A DNA stretch of 34,134 nt from contig JBBMKC010218353.1 of the NCBI GenBank assembly GCA_037834085.1, positions 1-34,134 on the forward strand. The letters are read 5' to 3'. Positions 22,660-34,134 of this stretch are shown one piece after another (within the stretch, counting starts at the first letter, position 1; each line of letters opens with the position of its first letter). The DNA is from Bipalium vagum. Lineage: Eukaryota. The position numbers were made by a program, and so were the translations under genes. A model generated the notes under the pieces. It ran no database searches. It had not been told where the DNA came from and saw only the letters and a program-made list of their open reading frames with translations.

Positions 22660-25600
22660 TATTGAAGTTATATTCAGTAATCATGAATATTTTATTAAAT
22701 TTGGTTATAATTAGTAAGTGAAACAGTATTTCTTATTCATTATTTTTTTATAGTAAAAGGTTTTAATTTAAACAAAATATTGGTTTTTCAGACAGACAAA
22801 GCCTAACGTCTGAAGTATTCTATTGTCTATCGCAAAATGCAGAATTGAAATTTTCAAAGCTCAGCGAAATGAATATTGATCAAGTTAAATGGACCTTTAA
22901 TAATATTCCAATCAACGAAAATAACAGTAATATCCAATATATTATTTTACATAAATATAGCTTTTATATTTTTAATATTGTTTTGCAGAATTTGATATAC
23001 TCAATTATTATTATTTTATAAATATAATTATATATCAGTCTTTTCATTCGAACGATGATGGAGTTCAAGAAGTACTTCATGGGAAAAAATAATTGAGATT
23101 TCTGATTGAGGAGCACTGAAATTTTTATATCACTTGTTTCAATATTCCTTAAACACTTCAATAAAATTCAATTTTTTGTCATTTTATTAATAATTAATAA
23201 TTCCATCCGCCGTTTTGTTTAAATAAGAAACTTTCAAATCATGCCTGTAATTTATTTTGTCAATAATTAATAAAATAAATTTTATTATTTAAAATAGAAA
23301 AACTTTTTTCATTATTTTTCGCTGTAAGATTAAGTAAAAAATTAAAAAGACAATATATTTTATCACACTACTATGAAAATAAAATATAATAAAATAATAA
23401 AAAAATAATATAATAAATAAATAAATAATAAAATAAATTATAAGAAATAATGAAAATCTTTCATCTAGGGTCTAGGTAAATCATAAAAAATAATTTCTTT
23501 GAAAAAATATTAATATACGTCTTAATTTAATGTTAAAAAAAATATAAAAAATAATAAAATAATAATAATAATTATTATAAAAATAATAGGAATAATTAAA
23601 TATAAATTATTTGTAGACCAAGTTTTATTATTATATAAAAATCTAGAAGAGAAAAATTATTTTTGACAATGATGATGGAAAATAGTTCTTTATTCAAATA
23701 ATAAGATTTCAGATATATATAATTTTAATTTTATATATTTTAATTTTAATCAATTTTATTAAAGTTTTCGTCAATCGATAATTTGTTACTTTTAACTTAA
23801 ATCTCAACAAACAGATAAATAAATAAAAATATTTACTAATCACTAATATATTTTTACGTAAATATTTCTTTTTTATCATAATTAAAAATGATAACCAGTT
23901 TAATGTTTGATCCATTTACTTCAAAGATTTGCCGAAAATCCGAACCTTAGACAAAATTCTAATTAAACTTATTAATTAATTATTACAACTGAGGATTAAG
24001 CCTTTTTAATTAATGCTTCTTCGCATGATTTAAAGTCTACTTCGACGAAGAATTGATGGAGAAGATGTCTCTATGCACTTGACAAATGATTATGGAAATA
24101 AATAATCAACACTATGATTTCTTTTATTTTATTGAAATTTATGATAATGATATTTCTCAGGTAAATATCGAATTTTTACCACTGAATCTTATGGAATCTA
24201 TTTTGTGATCACAAATCTCGAAGAAAACGATTTCGGAGAATATTGTGCCCTGGACGAAAGAAAACAGGTTCTACAATCGTATATCATTGTTAAATCAGGT
24301 TTCCTTCACTAACCTTTAACTACGATTTCCATTGTTATATTTCAGATGCACCAACGTTCTTAAATTGTATTCCAAACCGAAGTTTGAATCTCCACGAAAA
24401 TCTATTTGTATCGGTGCAAATTGATGCTCAGCCAGCTCCAGATGTCGTTTGGAGAAGAAATTGGAAGAAAATATTTTCTAGCTATAGAACGGTCTTGGCG
24501 GAGGATAAGGAGAAATCTATGTATTCGTTATCAATTTCTAAATGTATGTTGTCGGATAGCGGTGAATACAGTATTCGAGCAGAAAACGTCGTAGGGTTTG
24601 CTGAAATGAAATTCACTTTACGTGTTGATGGTATGACCGGAAATAATGAAATGTCATTTCCCTTAAATTTTATTTAGCCCAACCAGAAAAAAGATCCATA
24701 CAAATCAATGAAGGAGATATCAATGACAGATACTACATCATGAAGCATTTATCGAGGTTAAAGGATAACATTATAAAAATGTTCATGTTAAGTTTTTTGA
24801 ACATTTGTTTTACAGAGGATCTTACAGTACATGTCAGATTTTGATTGAGAAGTCTACACAGAACGAATTTGTCGGAAAGTTCTTCGACATAAGCAATATG
24901 GGTATAGGGAAATCCGAATTCGAATGCATAAGAAATTTATATCAAAGAAATATAGTGGAAATATTTGATGCTATTATAATGCCAGATCAATATTTGGTTT
25001 TAATCTATGAAAAGTAAATCTAGATTATATGATCTTATGCATAGTTCATTGATTGATCGAATATTTGACAAATTATTAGGTTGTAAAGAAATAAACGGTG
25101 GTTTTTAACATTGAATTTGAAATGAAAAAATCACAGCTTAAACAAAATTTTATTTTTGAAAATAGAAACCATTACATTGTACACATATCTCCAAACGAGT
25201 CACAAGCTTATTTATCCAAATTTGATAATAATCTGAAATTCTAAGAGTTAAAAATATTCAAAGTCTTGAATGACAGCATTATCATTGGGGAAGGTTAGAA
25301 CAAATTTTCTCGATAACTCTCTTTTGAATGTCCTTAATTGTATGACTTTATCTCTTGATAGACAATTTAAATCATAGTTTGGATTATTTTGAAAACATTT
25401 TTTTGTTTTAAAGTGTTTAGAAAAAAAATTCTCAATAATCAAGAATGATTGAAATAACAAAACAATTAATTAATTATATACAATATCTATACATGATTCC
25501 ATTAGTTTCAGTAAAAAATATTATGAAAAAGAAAAGACACAATAAACGAGTCTAAGTCAATATTCTTCATGCTAATGTGAAACCACTCACAGCAAGTATT

Positions 25601-28600
25601 GGCAAAATTACTACACATAGGTGTTTCTTCAACGCTCTCCATATTCCCCGGTTAACGCTTCAACATATTTCTATCTTTTCCGCATGCTGTTTAACCAAAT
25701 GAAAAGCATAACTTTGAATAAATCTAGTGATTTCAAAAAACGTTTTGACAAGCACGTGGCAAGATAGAAGGTTCTAAATAATAACGGAAAATACATCGAT
25801 TGATTTTTCATTATTATTTATTAAAAAAGTGTTAAATTGCTCATAAAAAAAATAATATATATAATTCAAAATCATAAAAAATTATGTTACAACTTAATTA
25901 CAAAAGGGTTGTCATTAATTAATTGATGATTAATTTCTGACATAATTTATATTATAAAAACATTAGAAAACAATTTATATTATTATTTGATATTAGGCTA
26001 CAGGGTTGGCCGTTGGTCGAATATATGGCCAACCTAAATCATTGGTGTGAGACTCAAGCGAAAATTATTTTCCAGTCTCTAGTTCAAGCCGTTGCATTTT
26101 TGCATAGTAACGAAATCTGTCATTTAGATATAAAGGTTATTGTTTAAGCTTTTCTTTTGTATCAAGCTCACTTTTAATTAGCCGGAGAACATCATTATGA
26201 CGGGAAAATATCACGAAACTGTCAAGTTGTGTGGATTTTCCAATGCAGTGAAATCAGAAGATTTCGAAAACCGCCGACAAATGTTTCTAACGTCCCCATT
26301 CAGTGCCCCTGAATTGTTAAAAGGGGATCGGATAAGTTTTAAGTGTGATATGTGGTCAATAGGGATTTTAGCCTTTATATGGTAATTTTTTTGTTTATTA
26401 TACCAAAAAATGTGAGATCATTCAAATAATTATAGTCTTCATGGCCACACAAAAATAGATTTCAATGATGAGTTACGTGATAAGGATTCTGCCGACAGTG
26501 TAACCCAGTTTGCAAGCGATTTCGTTAAGAACTGTCTGACTTTAGAAAAGAAGTGGGTTCTTTATATTTTTATTCTCATTAATAAAAACTAAATGTCATT
26601 ATTTCATAATATTTTTTAATATTAAATATTCTCTACAGATAAAATTTCGTGATTTTAGTGTCATGAAATGATCCAAAAACGAACAGTACAAACTAAACAA
26701 TAACAAGTTATGATAATATATAATGACATTGTGTCTATTTATATTAAGAAAGTCCACAAATAACCTGACTCCATTTATCTATTATGGTTATGTTCGTTAT
26801 TGCCAAACACCGTTTTACGAAATAGAGTACGTCGGTTTAAAACTTTTATTTAAGCAAATCACAAAAGTATTAAAATCACAAATTGTTAATGTATTACACC
26901 TGGCGCTCAGCACATTCGTTTTAAAACCATCTTAAGATAAATATTAATGGCTTAACTACGTAATTGAGTAAAAATGGATGTGATTAAATGACTGGATATA
27001 AACAAATGATTAATATAATTTATAAAAACACGTTAAATACACAAGAAATATGAAAATAAAAAATATCAATAATGAACACTCTTATCTATTCTCTGACTAA
27101 TGTAACTTGATAATCTCAGCTTTTTATGGTTATCCATTAGATATCTAGCTCACCGATCCGAACATAATAAGACCTTTGAATAAAGTCCTGCTTTGCCACT
27201 GGTACAGAGCTACAGATAACCACTAATTTTTGTTAGATGGATTTTCATATATTATTCACTTTTCATATTCAATCACAATTCATTTGAAGAATGATTCCTT
27301 TAAATGTCAAATAAATAATAACTGACAAATTTGGACTGGATTTTTCTTCTGATCTGGAGTTAAATCATGAGAAACTCAAACACCACACCTCTTAATTTTT
27401 CCTATCCCTTTTATGTGATAGCCTACACTGCTAACATAATAATGTAATAGAGCAGAAAGTTATTCTAATGTTTGTCTAGAATAAAACATAGATTGTCGAT
27501 GCTCCAGTGGTTGTTATACAAACTGAGATTGCCTTTACGAAACCAGTCAAACTTTTTAGCATCTGCGAACATCTAGCATTTTACCTTAAACATTGATATT
27601 TTTGGTGACAACAGTGGCATTTGATCCCGGTTTAAACTCATACAGCATAAAATGACTAATATGAACGTCATTTTCTAAATTTTCATTCATTTCTTAATAG
27701 ATTAAATAAATTTAATTTGAAAATTTTTTATGATTGTTTATACTTGTCATCGATCATTGATTTTAAATTGAATTTAATATTTGCTTATTATGAACGATAT
27801 AAACAATATTAAAACAACGATATTAAATATTATTAGAAAAACGAACTTTCAATTTGAAAACCATAATATATTATTATTTATTGAACTTATTTTTGTTTTA
27901 ATTTTTAATAATCATTTTTAATTATTAAATTTTGAATTAACTAAAAAATATGAATTTCAATTTATTAGATGTACAACTATGACTCCAGCTTTTTAAAAAT
28001 AAGAAAACAAAGACATTTTTTACATTTTATTTGAAAAAATTTATTGAAAATTTGTTCCATTGGAAGCTACAACCTTTGCCCACATTTCAGGTAACGAACG
28101 CATTCCATGAAAGATAAACTCTGGCTCTTTTGATGAAATCCAGCTGTCAATTCAATTTTGTAGGTCTTCAAGGGAACTGAACCGCTTTCGGGAAAGTGCT
28201 GATTGCAAAGAACAGAAAAAATGGTAATCCGAAGGAGCGATGTCTGGTGAATAGGGCGGGTGACGTAAAACTTCCCACTTTGTACTTTCTAATTAATTAT
28301 TTACAACTGAATTAATGTGTAAAATGCGTTATCATGTTGCAAAATTATCTTTTCACGTCTAATCACCTATTCCGGTCGTTTTTCATTCAAAGCTTGCTTC
28401 AAACAAATTAATTTTGATCGATAAAGTTCACCAGTTAGTGTTTGAGAAGATTTTAAAAATTCATAATAGATCACTCCTTTCTGATCCCACCAGATACACA
28501 ACATAACTTTCAAACCGTGGACTATTTGTTTCGGTGTTGATGGACCGAGTTCACCTGGTATCACCCAAGCTGCTTTGCGTTTTGGATTGTCATAAAGAAT

Positions 28601-31600
28601 CTATTTTTCGTCTCCTGTGATAACTCGATGCAAAAATCTTTTCCTTTTTTGTCTCTGAAGAAGGACATCACAAATTTTATTTCGCTGTTCAATTCATCTT
28701 TCTGTAAATTCATGTGGGCTCCGATTTCCTAATTTTCGAATAATTCCTAAAGTTGCCAGACGTTTCGAAATGCATTGTTGAGTCACATTTAATGCGACAA
28801 CCAGACCAGATTGTGTTTGGCATGGAACAGCTTTCTCAAATCTCTATCTTCACATTGTTTTTGTGGCCTCCCATGATCGTTGTCGTTCGTATCATAAAGG
28901 GCCATTTCTAAAACGGCAAAAACCAATCTATATATGTGGTCATCGAAGCAAAATGTTCTCCATAGGTATCTTGAAGCAAGCGGTACGTTTCCGCTGCAGT
29001 TTTCTTGGCAATAAAGTAATGTAGAACTAGTTCCGCAAATGTCGTTTATTTGGGATGAATAAACAAGGAATATTAAAACAACTGTCTCGTGATATTATTA
29101 ATTATATGATATTTTTGTTTATAAATCAATTCAATATAATTTAGATACATATGCAAACAAAATTTTTATTATCATTTAAAAAATAAGCCGGAGTCATTGT
29201 TGTACACCTAATATTATATATTTTATAATATATTCAATAATTTATTAGATATTTTAATTAATTAATTTTCATTTCCTCTTTTCTGATTAAAATGTTATAT
29301 TTAAAGAAAAGTGTTCTTTTTCTATAAGGAAAAACTTATTCTTCTGACGAAAAACAATAACTTAAATATAATAATAATAATGTAACAGAATCAATAAATT
29401 GATCGAAAACTAAAGACATTCTCTATAAATCAATTATTAAACTTTCCTTCTTTTATACATCATTAACTTAAAACTGGGGTGATTGCGTTGAAGACATGGT
29501 TAAGTTGATTTCAAGCGAAATTTCTTCTATCTTCTGCTATGAGCATTTTAATGGAAATCCTTTTCAAGATTTTTCCTATTTTTACGTATAAAGAATGTCA
29601 ATTAGCAATCACAGCTAAGGCAAACATTTAAACAAAAAATTATAAAGCCCATCTTATTTTCGTTTAGATGAGATTATATTGAGGTTTGTTCAAGAAGTTT
29701 AGGTGGATAAAGTTATATTAAGTTATATTAAGTCACCTGAAAAACAGATGTTCTGAGATGTTCATCTGAATTCTCAAAAAACAAAACATAATCACAAATC
29801 GGATGTCCATATTTATATAGTACAATTATTATTAAAATCTTTGAAGAAAATATATTGCATAATGTAATAATTTCTATTTTTTACTAAATAAATAATATTA
29901 ATAATAATTAATTATTTAGTGCTGTTCAATGATGAGAAATGAGGATTTCCAATGACAGAGTCAACTCACATTATCTTAGTTATTCCTCGTATTTTTGTTC
30001 CTGTTTTTTTTCATTTCTTTTACATTTATGTATATTTCCTTTCTTAGAAAGTTATTTTTCAAAATATTTTGAACAATTAAGCTATTATTATATAATAAAA
30101 ATGTTTTAAAGATTCATTATACAGGTTGCGTTCGATAAATTGGCAAAAAATGTTTGCTTTTGTAAGAAAATTATTATACATAATAATAAATCAATTAAAT
30201 TATTGATTAAATAATAATCATTGATAATCAGTAATAATCAATATTAAATTATTAATTTTTCATAATTTTATTATAAAAATATTGAAATGAAATTAGTTCA
30301 ATTGTTTGTTTTAATATTTTTGTCTTAAAATAAGTACTAAGTTGTTACATAAGCATTATCGTTTATTATAGAACACTTTAAGCAAAAAAATGAACGGACA
30401 GGTATATTAATATTAAAAAATAAATGGTAATTAAATCCTATTCACACCCGAACGTCTATCGCAAACAACAGTATTCATGATTTAAGATTTATAATATGTT
30501 TTTGGTTGGATATAGGAGGAATTGTAAAAACCAACTTTAGAAAAAGATAAACAGATAAGTGGTAACGAAATTTTTTGAAAATTTGAAAATTGAATGATGA
30601 ATTAATCAAAACATGTCTGAATATCAAGCAAAATATCTCTAATCTTCAAGCAAGTCGTGTTAGGTCTGAAATGAAAGCTGTTCGCATCGCATTCTCCTCC
30701 CAGAATCAGCGCCTGATAGTTTTTTTTAATGAGACCAATGTTAACACAAATTTTAAAAATTTGGCCCGTGATAGATTAATTATTAAGTTCTATTTTACTG
30801 ATGTTGGAATATTTATGTTGTCGAATTTCTGAGAGGTTATGTTGAACGAAATAAAATATTTTCATTCATTTCAATGTATTATTTTGTCCACAAATTAATA
30901 TTTAAGTCCAGATAATATTTATTTCAACAGATTTTTGATTATTTTATTTAGTAAAAATGACTGAACTTTTATTTCAGCCTGCGTATCTCGTCCATGGAAG
31001 CGGTTGGTCATCAATGGTTTACAAACAAGGGTTTTTCCTTAAGTACTTCCCTGGACTACCTCTTAGATACCATAGTTAAATTAATGAAATATCCAGAAGA
31101 AATGGTTTCTCAAAATATTTTCTCTAATTTTATGCAAAGTTTCTTAGGTGACACATTTTCCAGATGATATAAAAAATGCTATTGAAACATCCATAATAAG
31201 TTCTAGACCAAAAGTTATTTTCGATAACTCTATGTTAAATGTCGAAGATTATCCAAGTCCGGCAGTAAGTCAGTTGTCGTCTAGGGCATCATCAGCATCA
31301 AGAGATGGAATAAAGTTAGTTATTTAAACAATACTGTATTTTCCTTATTGATTAAGATTGTACTTCCATATTGTAAGTTCAATATAAAAAAATAATTATT
31401 TAAATAATAATAATAATAATGACAATAAAAATTAACATATAACGTAGTATTTTATGATAATACACAAAAGACAATTATTGAAATTTAATATAGATAAAGA
31501 ATTGTTACGTTTATACCTCTATCAGAACTGCATAACACTTTTCTAATGACTTTAATGTCTCCTTTATGTTAATAACCTGTTCGATTGTAATTGAATCAAA

Positions 31601-32798
31601 ATAATTACGATAAATCTTTATTTAATCTATGTAGCAGTACACTAGCAAAATCACTTTGCGAGAAAATGTGATCAATAAAAGTAGAAAATAAATCAATCAA
31701 AATTCTAATTCAACTGTCACATAAAAAAATTCAATCAAATAAATATGAATTGTTAAGATATTGATCAAAGTCCAAATGGATTCTCTCATAAATGACAAAA
31801 ACTGTAAGGACTCTGTTGACTCCTGTCGAATAGAAAATATCATAATCTTAAAATCTTACAAAAATATTTGAATATAATCTTCTTCCGACTTAGTTCGTAA
31901 TATACAGACATTTTTTCAGACGTAAAATGTAATTTTAAAGTCTAAAATTTTCTGGGCAGTCCATTGAGGACTCCGTCGACTCTTACATTGACTACTTAGT
32001 CATATACCAATATTTTTATCTGAAGTCAATTCACTTTTTAGGCAAAAATTTAGTAATTGGCTACTAACTACGGAACTGATTTAATCTTAACAATTCAACA
32101 TTGACAAGATTAGAAAAGCTCCAAAAATATTTTATAATTATTATTAATTATTTAATTATTATTAATTTTAATTTTTAATTATTATTATTATTATTAAAAT
32201 TTAATAATAATTTCTTCAGTTATGAAAGATGTGATCCATTAAAAGATAACTCGGTGGATGACGGCTCTTCGGAACGAAAAGAAATCTTTCCAAGTGTAGA
32301 TAGAAATACAGTCAAAAACACTAAGAAAGGTTTGCTAATTATATTAGTAACACATTTAAATTATTATATTAGAACTTTTATTTACTGTTCCTTTAAAAGA
32401 CCAAACTTTTAAAGGAGGATCAATTGGCAGTAGAATTACAGTTACCCTGACTTGTCAGCTAGCTCTTTTAGGAAGCGAACCGATTAGCATTTCTTGGTAT
32501 AAGAATCAAGAACTGTTGTCGGACGATTCAAAAATAAAACTTGAAGTCATAAAAGGAGGCTTCCTTTCATGCACTATTTTAAGTGCATCTGACAATGATG
32601 TAGGCATATACAAATGTGTTGCTAGATGTCATTCTCTTAGAGCTGAAACCTGTGCAAGATTGATACTTGGAGATATTCCAACCCCTCCAGAACAACTTTT
32701 GGTATATTATATAAATGAACAAGAGGTCTTATTGAAATGGAATCCCTATTTTTTGGCGATCGATGACATCATCTATAGGGTTGATGTGAAAGTCATTG
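18287..32798 (+). CDS. unc-89: Obscurin/UNC-89/SPEG-like muscle protein, partial: Fn3-Ig-Ig-kinase1 (pseudokinase)-interkinase-Ig-Fn3
   Basis: Phase-consistent exons 18287-18613 (Fn3), 18665-18709, 22792-22926 and 24161-24298 (Ig), 24346-24630 (Ig), 24678-24756, 24816-25013, 25997-26135, 26182-26381, 26436-26552, 30978-31104 (CAMK/MLCK-type kinase: FVGK, HLDIKPEN, APE, DMWSIG, HQWF), 31148-31314, 32220-32329, 32373-32798 (Ig + TCARLILGDIP + Fn3 start). This domain order matches the UNC-89/obscurin dual-kinase region. Both gene ends are missing. Confidence 0.85.
19550..20079 (+). mobile_element. hAT (Charlie/Buster-like) 3' end fragment
   Basis: FSHLTILNTKRPERPRNVEEKMRIAISNLRLDIEKLCKNHQLEVSN* resembles the Buster/Charlie C terminus. 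Terminal aagtttaagaaccactg (reverse complement cagtggttcttaaactt) is a typical Charlie TIR. Confidence 0.75.
20092..21313 (+). mobile_element. Near full-length defective mariner in obscurin intron
   Basis: About 31-bp imperfect TIRs ttgggttgtctaaaaagtttccgccgatttt / aaaatcggcagaaacattttggacaactcaa, TA flanks. Motifs KPKLTPRKVMLYIW, HDDNGRLH, LLHPPYSADFAPSDYYLFRSL. Confidence 0.92.
22583..22657. repeat. (TAA)n microsatellite, about 25 units
   Basis: Perfect trinucleotide run. An imperfect related tract lies at about 22250-22350. Confidence 0.95.
25076..25897 (+). mobile_element. Internally deleted mariner in obscurin kinase intron
   Basis: Degenerate TIRs ttaggttgtaaa.. / ..gttacaacttaa. Motifs ILHANVKPL (HDNARPH-like), SPYSP, YLFRML, NNGKYID*. 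Confidence 0.7.
27060..27700 (-). mobile_element. Decayed mariner 5' half
   Basis: Minus strand: HISHFMLYEFK.GSNAT, WFRKGNLSL, VSHDLT, FFK*IVIEYEK*IIYENP. Confidence 0.7.
27965..29211 (-). mobile_element. Full-length defective Mos1-like (mauritiana-type) mariner
   Basis: TIRs ttaggtgtacaacaatgactccggctt / ttagatgtacaactatgactccagctt, TA flanks, 1247 bp. Motifs KKTAAETYRLL, FLHRVITGDEK, KVMLCIWWDQKGVIYYE, HPPYSPDIAPSDYH. Contains stops and frameshifts. Confidence 0.95.
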
Positions 32799-34024
32799 GT
32801 AATACTGAGTTATTTTTGTAAAATAAATTTTAAAGCTCCACAAAATGTTTGAGTACTACTTTAAAAATGTGGAAATAATTTTTAACAAAAAATTAAATAA
32901 ATTTTAAGTAAAATTTTCACCTGATTTTAATAATAAAATAGATATTTATGTTACTGTTTTTCTATACTTTGAAAGAAATTATAAAATTAAAAATTGAAAC
33001 AAATTTTTAGTTAAACAAAACAATTTAAAGCAGATTTTTTATTAAAAAATAATTTTGTGAAAATTAATATTTTCCATTCAATTGATAAATATGGAAATAG
33101 ACAAACATTCTTAAATGTATTGATATCTGTTTTGTGATATACTGGGTGCCTAGGGTATTTGAGGACTTAAGTTTAATGTCAACACAATTTTGTCTGCATA
33201 TTAGTTATTGACACGCTATCGATATTGTTCGAGTTCATAAGTCTCAATTGAACGTAATATTCATTTCACATAAAATTTGAGAAGTTAAAAAACGCTCTCC
33301 CTTTATTTAATTTTTAAAAAAATAATGATGTGAATATATTTTCAAAAAATTTTCATTATAAAACTAATTAATTATATATTATAAAAATTAATATTATTAA
33401 TTATTATTATTAATATTATTATTATTACCCATTGAAGTTATTTTAAATTCTCAACATCATTAATATTTTGAATCGAGTTTCACATGCACACACTACACAA
33501 TGGCAAAATGTTATTTTTAGGAAATTCTCATTTTTATTATAAAACATTATGAAATATTACATATCATAAATGTACAAATAAAATACTATAATGTATATAT
33601 ATTTATTTATATATATAATGAAATCTCATCTAATTACACTTATTTTGTTAAAAAATATTGGCTGAAATATAAAATATAAAAGTTTGTTAACTTGCTTTTG
33701 TTAGCAACTGTAACTAACGAATATTAAATACTGTATATCAAGCCCAAATTTTATATTGATTTTTCGTATTAATTATCTTCCCAAGTACGGAATTAAGAAA
33801 TATAACGAATCAATTTGTAATACAAAATTATAGAATATATAATTTAGTAAAAACAATTGCAAAACTAATACTTGAATTGGAAAATAATACTAAGGAAAGT
33901 ATAATTACCCATCCTGTTACAGAAATAAGGAAAATCTTTCGGATTTGGCAAAATCATAAGGAGTTATTTCTCTGAATAAGTCTTACTACACCTTTTAATT
34001 TAATTTTTTTCTAATACATAGTAT

Positions 34025-34043
34025 ATAGTATATTTAAGAAGTA

Positions 34044-34082
<39 letters not shown>

Positions 34083-34134
34083 CACAATAATAATAATAGT
34101 AATAATAATAATAATAGTAATAAGAATAATTAAT
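34025..34134. repeat. (TAA)n imperfect microsatellite running to window end
   Basis: Directly visible trinucleotide run. Confidence 0.9.

Noticed and set aside
30120-30900. Tc1/maT-like element (tacaggttg.. end, ORF 30590-30832)
   Set aside because: No partner TIR and no convincing catalytic motifs. Too decayed to call.
31809-32000. Two similar ggactc..gactc motifs
   Set aside because: Short, degenerate and without regular period. Probably part of an old repeat or chance.

Overview
AT-rich eukaryotic (invertebrate animal-like) DNA with very short GT-AG introns (42-63 nt) and a few long, mostly transposon-filled ones. I assembled four + strand genes by hand. (1) The 3' part of an ACAD9/VLCAD-like acyl-CoA dehydrogenase whose catalytic Glu is replaced by Leu. 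(2) A 3-exon SelU/PRXL2B-family thioredoxin-fold gene with an in-frame TGA at the first position of its redox motif (RRFG-U-SY-C) and a canonical SECIS hairpin just after the stop codon, i.e. a selenoprotein that the ORF track breaks up. (3) A 2-exon secreted PAN/apple plus C-type-lectin-like protein. (4) The Fn3-Ig-Ig-pseudokinase-Ig-Fn3 part of an obscurin/UNC-89-like gene. The rest is decayed mariner, Tc1, pogo/Tigger, hAT, Merlin and LINE remnants, (TAA)n microsatellites and one N gap. The strongest signal is the UGA-recoded selenoprotein with its SECIS. All family assignments come from motif recognition, not database searches.
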